Made by a program: the position numbers and the translations under genes
Assembly (NCBI GenBank): GCA_963803435.1
Contig: CAWDML010000003.1
Location: 32,001 to 96,000, forward strand
Length of the DNA: 64,000 bases
From: an uncultured delta proteobacterium
Lineage (GTDB): Bacteria; Myxococcota; Kuafuiibacteriia; Kuafuiibacteriales; Kuafuiibacteriaceae
Direction of reading: 5' to 3'
Notes under the pieces: model-generated
Told to the model about the DNA's origin: nothing
The model's database searches: none
What the model saw: only the letters and a program-made list of their open reading frames with translations
Shown: piece by piece, positions 1 to 12,139 of the stretch
How the letters are laid out: the number at the start of each line of letters is the position of its first letter
How positions within the stretch are numbered: the stretch's first letter is position 1

Positions 1-2657
1 GGCGATCGCGGGCCTCGAGGCCGGCCAGTCCCGGCTCACCGACACCGTCGCCCAGCGCGATCGGACGATCGAGGAGCGGATCCAGGACATCCGGCAGCGC
101 GACGACTGGCTCGCCGACACCCGGGGCGAGCTCTCCGGCGCCAACGACAAGATCACCAGCCTGGGCGCGCAGCTCGAGGAGGAGGGCGAGCGCTATCAGG
201 AGCTGACGCGCACGCTCCACTCCGAGCGGGCCCGGCTCGAGGCCGAGAAGCTGGCGATCCAGAACGAGCTGGAGTCGACGCGGGCCGAGGGCGAGCAGCT
301 CGAGTCGGAGCTGCGCGAGCAGATCGTGAGCCTCGGGATCGACCTGGCCGAGAAGGGCGATCGCATCGACGGGCTCGATCGCGATCTCGACAACGAGCGG
401 CGCGAGCGGGCGCACGCGATGCGGAGCATCGAGTCGCTCGACGCCAGCCTGGAGGCCACCCGGACCGAGCTCGGGGACACGGCGAAGACGCTCCGCGACA
501 CCGAGGGCGAGCTCAACGGCGTTCGCCAGACGCTGGCGCTGCGGGAAGGCCGTCTGACCGAGCTGCAGGACGCCCTGCAGAAGGAGCAGGCCGAGCTGGA
601 GGAGACCGAGCGCCAGCTGGAGGTCCTCCGCGCCGAGCATGACCAGCGCGGTGCCGTCATCGGACGCCTCGAGGGCAAGGTCGGCGCGCTCGAGGAGACC
701 GCGGGTCGCCTGCGCCAGCAGAACGACGACCTCGGCGAGGACCTCGAGCAGACGCGCAACGAGCTGGGGCAGCGCCAGTCGGAGCTGGCGGCGGCGCGGG
801 CCGAGGCGAACGAGCGCGGGGTACGGCTCGAGGAGTCGGCGCGGACGATCCAGGCCCGCGATCGCGAGGCCTCCGAGCTTCGCGAGCAGGTGGGCGAGGT
901 CTCTTCCGAGCGCGATCACCTGAACCGAGAGCGCAACGCGCTGGTGGCGGAGCGGGACCGGCAGCACGCCGAGATCGAGACGCTGCACAGCCGCCTGGCC
1001 GAGGTCTCGACCGAGCTGGGCGATCTCACCGATCGGGCCGAGGAGCTCCAGGCGGAGGTGGAGAGCCGCGGCAATCGCATCGGGCGCCTCGAGAGCGAGC
1101 TCTCCGCCACGCAGGCGCAGCGATCGCAGCTCGATCAGATGCGCGTGCAGCTGTCGGCGGATCTGGCCCGCAAGGAAGAGGCGCTGGAGCGGGTGCAGGA
1201 GGAGCTGTCCCGGTCCCGCGCCGAGTACGCCCAGAACAAGGAGGAGATGACCGCGGAGCGCGACAAGATCCGGCGGCGTCTCGAGGAGCTGGGCGCCGAG
1301 CTCGATCAGGTGCGCGACGAGCGGGACGATCTCAAGAACGCGAAGGCGCTGCTGGAGGAGCATTCGTCCGCGCGCGCCCAGATGGACGCGGCGGAGAAGG
1401 CGAACCTGCGGCGCGAGCTCGAGCAGCTGGACGAGGCGAAGACCCTCCGCGAGCGCGAGCTGTCGTCGGAGATCCAGCGGCGGACCAACGCCGTCTCCAA
1501 CCTGGAGGCAACCCTGGCGCAGCTCGAGGTCGACCTCGAGGATCAGCGGGCCGAGACGGAGCACGCGAACAGCGAGCTGGCGGCCCGGACCGAGACGATC
1601 GACGAGCTGCGCGGGCGCCTGTCGCAGGCGGATCAACAGCTGGTCGGTCTGCGCCGCGACGTGGAGGCCCAGACAGCGACGAACTCGCGGTCCCAGGAGC
1701 GGATCCGCGAGCTGACGGCGCAGCTCAACGCGGAGAAGGACCACCGCGAGAAGGACACCGCGCGCCTGCGCGACGAGGGCGAGGCCCTGAGCGCGCGGCT
1801 GGAGGAGGCCACGCGACGAGCGGCGGCCCTCGCAGCCGAGAAGGCGGCGCGGGACGATCAGAATCGGCGACCTGAGGAAGCGGCTCGACAGCGCCTCCGG
1901 GGAGCTCAAGCTCGAGCGGGGTCGTTCGTCTGATCTCGACGTTCAGATGCAGCGGTCGCGCGAGGAGCGCGAGGAGATCGAGAACAAGTACGTCAAGGAG
2001 CTCGAGGAGATCCACGAGGAGTACCAGGCGCAGGCCAAGGAGCGGGACGACAAGCACTCGAAGGAGGTCGAGGAGCTGCGCAAGGCCGCCATCGAGGCGA
2101 AGCGGCAGCTCAAGGCGTCGCAGCTGGCGGCGCAGCGGCTGACGGATCGGATCACGAAGCTGGAGTCCGATCGTCCCTCGCGCCGCGAGGCGGAGGCGAA
2201 CTTCGAGTCGTTCCTGGCGCAGTTCAACGACTCGAGCCTCCCGGTGCCTCCGCCGGCGGGGAAGAGCACGCCGCCCACGCGCACGGGCCGGCCGCCGCCC
2301 CTCCCGGAGAAGAAGGCCGAGCCGGTGAAGGACAAGCCGCAGAACGGCGCGCACGCCAAGCCCGTCAATCCGAAGGCCGGTGTCCCGCGGCGCGGCGCCA
2401 CCAGTACCGGGAAGAAGGGCAAGGAGGACGACCTCGCCAAGGGCCTCAGCGACGCCGTCGGTCAGAAGAAGGCGGGCGACGACGAAGAGGACATCACCAT
2501 GATCAACGAGGTCCCACCGGTGTCCGACAAGAAGAAGAAGCTGCCCGCCGAGGAGGCGGCGGTGCTCAAGGAGATGGTCAACGGGACCAAGCGCGACGAG
2601 ACGGACGAGTTCCTGGCCGCCTTCGAGCGCGAGTTCGAGGACATCAAGAAGCCCTGA
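1..2657 (+). CDS. Very long coiled-coil protein, 5'-partial, one probable frameshift near 1860, K/P-rich low-complexity C-terminus
   Basis: Frame is open from position 2 through ORF 326-1933 (heptad-rich E/L/R/A). A second frame open from about 1860 continues the coiled coil into ORF 1947-2657. Confidence 0.75.
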
Positions 2658-3543
2658 TCAGCGGGAGCCGGCGGCGACGCTGGAGGTGCCCGTCGAGCGG
2701 ACCTCGGAGGCGGGGACCAGCGACTGCGCCTTGGTGAGCAGCTCCGAGGTGGGGAACTTCTCGCGCATCTCCGTGACCGCGCCCTTGGCCCGCTCCACTT
2801 CACCGAGCCGCGCGTAGACCTTCGCGATCTCGAGCAGCAGCTCGTCGGTGAGCCCGACGTCCGCGAAGTCCTTCCGGATGATCTCGAGCCGACCCACGTA
2901 CGCCCAATCCTTGTCGATGTTCTTGTAGAAGTCGGCGGCATACCGCTCGTGCGCCATCAGGCGGGACCGGACGTCCTTGAGGATCTCGGTCGCCTTTGCG
3001 ATGTTCTCGTCGCTCGGGTAGCGCTCGACGTACTCCCGGAGGGCCCGCTCGGCGTCCCGGACCGCGGCCTGGTCCTTCTCCTCGGACGGCGGGAGCAGGA
3101 ACCAGTCGCCGGGGATCTGCTGGTAATAGGCCAGCCCGGTCTTGTAGCGGGCGTAGGCGACCTTCGGGTGGGTCGGGTGCATCCGCACGAAGTTCTGATA
3201 GCTGTCGATCGCCTCGATGTAGCGCTCCCGCGCAAACTGGCAGTCCGAGAATCCGCAGGTCCGCCAGGACGGCGAACCGCGAGTACGGGAACTTGTTCCG
3301 GATGTACGCGTAGTAGCGCTGGGCCGCGAGGTACTCCTCGTCGTTGAAGGCCTTCTCGCCGCGGTCCCAGTTCTCCTGCGCGGTCTGCCCGTAGGTCACC
3401 GAGGGGAGCGACTCGTTGCGGCCGGGTGTCACCAGCGAGTCACCGGCGCTCTCGATGTCCTTTTCCTCGTCGTCGCTTCCGCCTCCGCCGAAGGTGGCGC
3501 ATCCCGAGACCAGAACGAGGAGCAGCGGCGTGAATGCACGCAT
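2658..3543 (-). CDS. bamD: Outer membrane protein assembly factor BamD (lipoprotein), frameshift near 3250
   Basis: Lipobox LVSGC, then BamD-like TPR motifs KFPYSRFA, HPTHPKVAYARY, DQAAVRDA, YVERYPSD, LMAHERYAADFY, split across two ORFs. Confidence 0.85.
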
Positions 3544-3630
3544 CGAATCTGCGTTATCACGGCCGGGGTGAGACGGGCCAGGACTTCTCTTCGTTGACCG
3601 CCGCAACAATCAGGGGCTATCGACGGCCGC

Positions 3631-4964
<1,334 letters not shown>

Positions 4965-4968
<4 letters not shown>

Positions 4969-6549
4969 GGACCACCGCGCTCTCTCTCTGCTTCCTCTGG
5001 GCCTGCGGCGGTACGCCGGTCAACGGCGACGAGGACGAGGCTGCCCTCCGGCAGACTGAGACCAAGCAGCAGGCGCAGAAGGCGTCGCGTCCCGAGCCCC
5101 GCTACGTCGAGGGCAACGGCGAGGTCATCCAGGTCCCGGTCGAGGGCGCCACCGGCGTGGCGTTCCGCGTGCTCTTCTATACCGGCTCGGTCGACGATCC
5201 GAAGGGCAAGGAGGGTCTCACGGCGCTCACCGCCAACCTGATCGCGGAGGGTGGGTCGACCGAGATGACCTACCCGGAGATCCTCCGGGCGCTCTATCCG
5301 ATGGCCGCGTCGATCGACGTCCAGATCGACAAGGAGCAGACCGTCTTCTCCGGCCTGGTGCACCCCGACCACGTGAAGGCGTTCGTGCCGATCCTCGCGG
5401 CGCTGCTGAAGTCGCCGCGCCTCGAGACCGCCGACTTCGAGCGCGTCAAGCAGAACATGCTCAACGACATCACCAAGCGGCTGCGCGCCACCGACGACGA
5501 GAACTTCGGCAAGGAGCTGCTGAGCCAGATGATGTACGAGGGCGATCATCCCTATCGCCACTACGTCGGGGGCACCGTGAAGGGCCTCGAATCGATCACG
5601 CTGGACGACGTGAAGGCGCACCGCGAGCAGGTGTTCGGCAAGCGCCGGCTCCTGATCGGCCTGGGTGGCGCCGTCACGCCCGAGATCGCGGACATGTTGA
5701 AGTCGGCGCTGGCCGATCTGCCCGACGGGGCCCCCCGGCTCGAGTCGATCCCGGCGCCGCAGGTGCCGGAGCGGACCGAGGTCGTGATCGCCGAGAAGCC
5801 CACCTCGCAGGCGGTGGCCATCTCGATCGGCTACCCGCACTTCGCGCTGCGGGGTCAGGAGGACTGGCCGGCGCTCACGCTCATCCAGTCGTACTTCGGC
5901 GAGCACCGCCAGTTCCACGGCAGGCTCATGTCGGAGATCCGCGAGAAGCGGGGCATGAACTACGGCGACTACGCCTACGTGGAGAGCTTCATCCAGGAGG
6001 GCGGGTCGCGCTTCGCCGAGACCAACATCGCGCGCCGGCGCCAGCACTTCGAGATCTCGGATCCGCCCGGTGGCGCCGCACGAGGCGGTGTTCGCGCTGC
6101 GGATGGCGCTGATGCTGCTCGACGGTCTGGTTCGCAACGGCGTCTCGCAGGCGGACGTCGACGGCACGCGTCAGTTCCTCGACGGCTATACGCGGCTGTA
6201 CGAGATGACGCCGATGCGCCGGCTGGGCTACGCGCTCGACGATCACTTCTATGGGACGAAGAGCTACCTCGAGGGGCTGCGGGCGCAGCTGGCCGGCCTC
6301 GACGCCGAGAAGGTCAACGCGGGGTTGCGGCGGAACCTGGTGCCCGGGCCGGTGAAGATCGCGATCGTGGCGCCCAACGCGCAGGTTCTCATGGAGGCGC
6401 TGGTCTCGGGCGTGGAGACGCCCAAGGCGTACCAGGTGGAAAAGCCGGAGGCGGTGCTGGCGGTGGACAAGGAAGCGGCGAAGTGGCCCCTCGATCTCAC
6501 GCCGGATCAGATCAAGATCGTACCGGCGGATCAGGCCTTCGAGGAGTAG
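4965..6549 (+). CDS. M16 peptidase non-catalytic partner subunit (lipoprotein), frameshift near 6058
   Basis: ATGA overlap with the upstream gene; LWAC lipobox; GSVDDPKGKEGLTAL; RLMSEIREKRGMNYG; no HxxEH; continues in ORF 6070-6549. Confidence 0.85.
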
Positions 6550-6552
6550 CGG

Positions 6553-6771
6553 TCAGCGGAGCTGGATCCGCTCCGGCTCCAGCGCGCCGAAGTCGTATTG
6601 GCGGTAGCCCGACTTGAACGCCTCGAAGTCCGAGGCCAGGTCCGAGACCGTCCGGCATCCCGGGTACATGAGCGAGAGCTGCAATCGGAGCCGGGCGGCG
6701 CTGAGATCGTCGCGGACTTCCCAGACACCGAGCACCTCGGCCTGCTCGCCGACGAACAGAAAATGTCGCAT
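6553..6771 (-). CDS. Small hypothetical protein
   Basis: 72-aa ORF (MRHFLFVGEQ...) with plausible composition filling the gap between flanking genes. Confidence 0.5.
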   Translation of the reverse strand: MRHFLFVGEQAEVLGVWEVRDDLSAARLRLQLSLMYPGCRTVSDLASDFEAFKSGYRQYDFGALEPERIQLR

Positions 6772-6938
6772 CGAATCGTTTCCCCCGTTGCTCCTCCGCC
6801 TCCCCACTTCCCCCCGGGCTGCGGACGATGTTTAAGTAGCACCGACCGAGCGGCGCCCTGAACGGTCCGATCGTCCTATGAGGAGCCAAGCGCGCACTCA
6901 CGACAGCTTCCTACATTGCTCGGGCTGAGGAGCGCGAC

Positions 6939-8372
6939 GTGGAGTTCCCGACGATCCAGTTCGTGTACTTCGGTTTGATCACCCTCACGATCTCCTGGGT
7001 GCTTCGTCAAAACAGAACGGTCCAGAAGAGCTTTCTACTCCTGGCCAGCTACTTCTTCGCGTGGAAGTTCCATCCCCGCTTCCTGGCGGCGCTGATCGCG
7101 TCGAGCACGATGAACTGGCTCTTCGGAAAGGCGCTGATCGAGCTCAAGCACCACCGGCGCGAGCGCAAGATCGTCCTCGTCGTCGGGCTGCTCGCGAACC
7201 TGGGGATCCTCGGGTTCTTCAAGTACTACGACTTCTTCTCCGACAACCTGAGCGCGTTCGCGTCGTTCCTGGGCCTCGAAGCCCACATGCCGCTCTTGGA
7301 GCTGATCGCACCTTTCGGCATCTCCTTCTACACGTTCCAGGCGATGGCCTATCTGGTCGACACCCACCGCGACAAGGCGGTGCAGCCGAGGACGTGGCTC
7401 GACTTCGCGCTGTTCATGGCCTTCTTCCCCAAGTTCGGCGCGGGCCCGATCTGCCGGACCCAGCAGCTGCTCCCCCAGATCATGGCGCCGGCCCCGAGCC
7501 GCATCCCCGAGCTGTCCCGCGCGGTCGCCCTCATCGTCACGGGCCTCCTCAAGAAGATGGTGATTGCAAGTTATCTTGCGTCGCATCTCACGACCGATGC
7601 GTTCGTCTCGCCGAACGACTACTCCTCGCTCGAGCTCTACCTGGCGGTGTTCGCGTACACCGCGCAGGTGTACCTCGACTTCTCCGGCTATACGGACCTA
7701 GCGCGGGGCGTCGGGTTGCTGTTCGGCTTCGAGCTGCCGGATAACTTCAACTACCCCTATCGCTCCACCGACATTGGCGACTTCTGGAAGCGCTGGCACA
7801 TCACGTTCTCCACCTGGCTGCGCGAGTACATCTACTTCCCGCTCGGGGGCTCTCGGAAGGGACGCGTTCGGACCTACGTGAACCTCATGATCACGTTCGT
7901 CGCCTGCGGGATCTGGCACGGACCGACCTGGGGATACATCATCTGGGGCACGCTCCACGGGATCGGGTTGTCGGTCTACAAGGCTTCCCTCGACCTCCGG
8001 CGTGACCTCGGCTTCGACACCAACAAGCCGCGCCCGTTCTGGGTGCTGGCCGCCGGCTGGTTCGCCACGCTCAGCTTCTGCGCCTTCACGCGCATCTTCT
8101 TCAAGGCGACCGATCTCCCCACCGCGCTCGACTTCTTCCGCGGCCTGGTCTCGTTCACGGCCCGCGGGTCCGGCTTCGATCTGGGGGTCCTGCTGTTGAC
8201 CGTGTTCGCGATCGGTACCAACTTCTTCGGAAAGCGATTCTTCGACGCATTCGTGACCTGGCATGAGAGCATTCCCAACCCGGTCCGCCCGCTGGCCTGG
8301 GTCGGGATCATGTTGGTCCTCTTCACCCTCAAGCCGTACGGGATGGCGGCCACGATCTACTTCAGCTTCTGA
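6939..8372 (+). CDS. MBOAT family O-acyltransferase (AlgI/PatA/DltB-like)
   Basis: PFGISFYTFQAMAYLVD, YLDFSGYTDLA, NFNYPY, FWKRWHITFSTWLREYIYFPLGG, CGIWHG; AGGAG RBS. Confidence 0.95.
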   Translation: MEFPTIQFVYFGLITLTISWVLRQNRTVQKSFLLLASYFFAWKFHPRFLAALIASSTMNWLFGKALIELKHHRRERKIVLVVGLLANLGILGFFKYYDFFSDNLSAFASFLGLEAHMPLLELIAPFGISFYTFQAMAYLVDTHRDKAVQPRTWLDFALFMAFFPKFGAGPICRTQQLLPQIMAPAPSRIPELSRAVALIVTGLLKKMVIASYLASHLTTDAFVSPNDYSSLELYLAVFAYTAQVYLDFSGYTDLARGVGLLFGFELPDNFNYPYRSTDIGDFWKRWHITFSTWLREYIYFPLGGSRKGRVRTYVNLMITFVACGIWHGPTWGYIIWGTLHGIGLSVYKASLDLRRDLGFDTNKPRPFWVLAAGWFATLSFCAFTRIFFKATDLPTALDFFRGLVSFTARGSGFDLGVLLLTVFAIGTNFFGKRFFDAFVTWHESIPNPVRPLAWVGIMLVLFTLKPYGMAATIYFSF

Positions 8373-8381
8373 GCGTCGACC

Positions 8382-9794
8382 ATGAGCGACAAGAGGGAGA
8401 AGACGAACCCGTGGCTGGCCCTGATGCTCCTCTGGGGCGTTGTCGCGTTCTTCACGCTCCTCGGCGCCGGCGACGTCCGGGACGAGGTGGAGTGGCCCTG
8501 GCTCCAGGGGGCGCTCACCGTCGTGGCCAAGGCCGGCGACGCCGTCGGCCTCTCGCACGTCCGCAGCGGTGTCGAGGCGCTCCGGGGCCGGCTCAACGAC
8601 GACTACCTGGTGCTGCAGGAGGCGGTCGAGCCTCAGGTCGCCACCACCGACGAGTCGACGCTCTCGGACGACACCGATCGGGTGGCGCCCGCCAAGCACC
8701 GCGTCCTGGTGATCGGCGCGTCCTCCATCCAGTTCGCGCTGGGCGTTCAGCTGGAGCACGCGCTGGCGGGATACCAGGGCGTGAAGGCCAAGCGGTTCGG
8801 CAAGCTCGCCACCGGGCTCGCGCGCCCCGACTACTTCGACTGGCCGAAGAAGCTCGAGCAGCTGACGGAGAGCTTCAAGCCCGATCTGGTGATCGCGAAC
8901 TTCGGCGGCAACTGCGCGCAGGACATCCCGCTGGAGGGCTACGACAAGGTCCAGTTCGAGAGCGAGGCCTGGGAGCCCCTCTACGCGGAGCGCGTCAAGG
9001 CGCTGGCCCTGATCGCGCGGAAGCATGGCGCCGACTTCGTCTTTCTCGGGATGCCGAACATGAAGGACCCGAAGTTCGCCGCGAAGATGGAGCGGGTGAA
9101 CCGCGTCCAGCGCCGCGCCGCCGAGGAGGTGGGCGCGCTCTGGTTCCCCACCTGGGCGATGAGCTCGAACAAGGACGGCACGTTCAAGCAATCGATCCAC
9201 TACCAGGGCGATCGCGGCCTGATGCGGGCCCTCGACGGGGTCCACTACCGGACGCTCGGCGCCCGCTTCATCGTCGACCAGATCCTCCAGGAGGTCGAAC
9301 GCCACTTCCTGTTCGCGCCGTCCGACACGACGCTGGCGCGCGCAGAGCCCCACGCCTTCGAGTCGAAGACGCTCGAGCGCAAGGTCGCGTACGTCGCGTT
9401 CATCCCCAAGACGGCGACGCGCCAGAACAAGCGCCCGGTTCTGTATCTGCTCCCCGGCGCGAGCAGCAAGTGGAGCCGCTGGCCGAACTACCCGCACCGC
9501 TCGCTCCAGCGCCTGGCGGCCGCCCACGGCATCGTGCTCGTCGTCCTCGACCTCCCGCACCCGACTGCGGAGCTGTTCGCGCAGGAGATCGCGCCGGACA
9601 TCGAGGCCCACCTACCGGTGAGCGACCGTCGCGGGCTGCTCGGGCCCGAGCTCGCCGATCTGCACGTGGCGCTCGATCGCCGCGACGTCAGCCATACGTT
9701 CAAGGAGGTCCCGCCGACCGACTTCCGGACGTCGCTGGACGCGCTGATCTCCTGGCATGCGGAGCAGCTGAGCGCGCCGGTGACGCGCCGTTAG
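8382..9794 (+). CDS. SGNH/GDSL (DUF459-like) protein with a degenerate C-terminal esterase domain
   Basis: VLVIGASS, TGLARPDYFDWP, FGGN, DGVHY motifs; C-terminal PVLYLLPG; directly follows the MBOAT gene. Confidence 0.8.
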   Translation: MSDKREKTNPWLALMLLWGVVAFFTLLGAGDVRDEVEWPWLQGALTVVAKAGDAVGLSHVRSGVEALRGRLNDDYLVLQEAVEPQVATTDESTLSDDTDRVAPAKHRVLVIGASSIQFALGVQLEHALAGYQGVKAKRFGKLATGLARPDYFDWPKKLEQLTESFKPDLVIANFGGNCAQDIPLEGYDKVQFESEAWEPLYAERVKALALIARKHGADFVFLGMPNMKDPKFAAKMERVNRVQRRAAEEVGALWFPTWAMSSNKDGTFKQSIHYQGDRGLMRALDGVHYRTLGARFIVDQILQEVERHFLFAPSDTTLARAEPHAFESKTLERKVAYVAFIPKTATRQNKRPVLYLLPGASSKWSRWPNYPHRSLQRLAAAHGIVLVVLDLPHPTAELFAQEIAPDIEAHLPVSDRRGLLGPELADLHVALDRRDVSHTFKEVPPTDFRTSLDALISWHAEQLSAPVTRR

Positions 9795-9817
9795 GGCCCG
9801 GGGCGCGAGCTTCGTTC

Positions 9818-11878
9818 CTACTTGGCTTCGAGGATGATGTCGCCGTTGGTCGTTCGTACGCGGACCAGGCTCTTCCCGCTGCCGACCTGGCCGCGTGCCC
9901 GCACGTACCGCCTGGGTGAGCCGCCGCGCGAGTCCCAGCCGGTCTCCTCCTGCTCGAGGTGCCAGCCGCTCCGGATGCGGGACTTCCGGCCCGAGCCCTG
10001 CGTGTACGAGGTCTCGAGAATCGAAGGTGGCGTCGAGGCCGTCGGGCAGCTCGATCTTCACCTCTCCCGTGCCGGACGAGAGGTCGATCGTCTGCGGCTC
10101 GTCGGTCTTCAGGATGATCACGTGGACGTCGCCAGCGCCCGTGGAAGCGTGGACCGAACCGGCGATGGGTCCGATCGCGATGTCGCCTCCGCCCGTGGAG
10201 GCGTCCACCTTGCCGGCGCCCTCGCCGACGCTGATGTCGCCTCCGCCCGTGGAGAGCACGGCGCCCCTGGGCGCGGAATCGAGCTCCAAATCGCCGCCCG
10301 CGCTCTCCAGGTGCGGGATGCCGGCGCGCTCGAACGAGACCGGACCGCCTCCGGAGGTCCCCCTGAACTTGCCCTCCACGCGCTCGATGCGGACGGGGCC
10401 GCCGCCGGTGGTGACCTTGCCGTCGAGCACCGAGTCGAAGACGTGGACCTCGCCGCCGCCGGTCGAGAGATTCGCCTTCCCGTGGAGCCGGGCCAGCACA
10501 ATCGGTCCGCCGCCGGTGTTGCCCTCGAAGGTGCCCTCGAGATCCTGGAGCATGATGCCGCCGCCCGCCGAGCGCACGCGAACGTCGAACCGGCGGGGCG
10601 TGTGGATGACCAGGCGGCGCACGTTCGAACCCGTGCCGTTCGCGTCAGGCCGGAGGCGAACCCCCTGGTCGTCGCGCTCGAGGATCACGCTCGCGGCTCG
10701 GGTCTTTCGACCGCGCAGCTGGATCTCGGCGCTCACCCTGTCCTCGTCCCAGCCGGCCACTACCACGTCTCCTCCGGCGTCGAGCTCGAGCCTGAGGCGC
10801 TCGCCGGGCGCCGCCGCGACCTCGCGGACGACCACACCGGGGCCGGGCGTAAGGTGCGTGAGCTCGGGGACCGCTTCGACCTGGGTCGAGAGGCCGGCGA
10901 GCGGCACCAGCAGCAGGCCGAGCGCGAGCGTGCAGCCGGTCCGGACGACCGTCGAGATCGAATCGGCGGGAGCGCTCGTCGTCGAGCACGGCGTAGAGCC
11001 GCTCTTCGAGGTGAGACGGTCGCGCCATCGAGAGCGCCATTGCGCCGACGAAGCGCCGCCCGCCCGCCCCGCGGGCCACGTCGAGGAGGTGCTGTGCGTA
11101 GTCGGGCGCGGGCGTCCCGCCGTCGATGACACGGTCGTCGCACGCGTGCTCGCTCTCGTTGCGGAGCTGGCGCGCCGCCCACCACGCGAGCGGATGGAAC
11201 CAGTACACGGAGCAGGCAACGTGCGCGAGGAGCTGCGTCAGGTAATCGCGTCGAGCGATGTGGGCGAGCTCGTGCATCAGCACGACGCGCATCCAATCGA
11301 ATCCGCCACGACTCGGCCTCCGTCGGGAGCAGGATGACCGGGTGGAGCCAACCCCAGGTCACGGGGCCGCTCACCTCGGGGCTGAGCGCGATCGTCACGG
11401 TCTCGATGCCGTCGACGAGGTTGCCCAGGACGGATCGGCGCAGCGGGACCGCGCGCCTCCCCAGACGCGACAGGCCGAGATGGCCGATCAGGCACCGCGC
11501 GAGCAGCCCGATCGCGCCGAAGGCCCAGAAGACCCCCAGCATGACGCCGAGCGAGGGCCTGTGCGTCTGCCGGCCGGTCGCGCTCGGGTGAGGCGCTCGC
11601 ACGCGCGGCGCCGGGGCCGGCGACGCGATCGCCCGGGGACCTCCCGGCGGAGAGACGGGGAGCGCGGCGACCGCCGGCTTCGCCCAGAGCGCGCAGGCGG
11701 GGAGCTTCAACCTCAACCGGGGCGCGATCCCCGTGAAGAACGGCAGCGCCAGGACCGCGCCGAGCGTGAGCGCGAAGACGAAGTGGCGGACCGCCGCCGA
11801 TCGGTCGCGGAGCAAGAGCGCGATCGCCGCGCCCGCTCCCAGGAGCAGGGTGACCTTGGCCAGGAGCTCCATCATCAT
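9818..11878 (-). CDS. BlaR1/M56 family metallopeptidase with C-terminal DUF4097-like Gly-rich repeats; frameshifts near 11295, 10965 and 10020
   Basis: SAAVRH; GPVTWGWLHPVILLP; VLMHELAHIARRD; YWFHPLAWWAARQLRNESEHACDDRV; about ten (S/T)xGGG-type repeats; last frame ends ...TTNGDIILEAK* at 9818. Confidence 0.8.
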
Positions 11879-12075
11879 CGACGTTTTCCTCCGCGGCGCT
11901 TGCGGCGCGCCTCTTCGATCATCTGGGAGAGACGCTTCAGCTCCTCGTCCGAGGGCGGCTCCTCGGGGACGCCGAGCATCGCAGCGACCGCCGATTCCAT
12001 CGCGTCGTTGAAGAACGTCTCGAGCAGGTGCTGCACCGCGCTCCGGCGCCCCCGCTCGGAGAGAGACTTGCTCAT
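11875..12075 (-). pseudogene. BlaI/MecI/CopY family repressor lacking its winged-helix DNA-binding domain
   Basis: 66 aa. Only the C-terminal dimerisation segment (RRSAVQHLLETFF...SDEELKRLSQMIEEAR) follows MSKSLSE. Overlaps the start of the M56 gene. Confidence 0.7.
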
Positions 12076-12095
12076 GACGGGGACCGATGCAGGTG

Positions 12096-12124
12096 GATTA
12101 GCACGGTGCTAATCAGTTAGCACC
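12096..12124. promoter_or_regulatory. Putative operator for the BlaI-type repressor (overlapping palindromes)
   Basis: GATTAGCACGGTGCTAATC (12096-12114) overlaps GGTGCTAA-TCAG-TTAGCACC (12105-12124), 20 bp upstream of the repressor ATG. Confidence 0.7.
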
Positions 12125-12139
12125 CGCCCGGTGGTGGCG

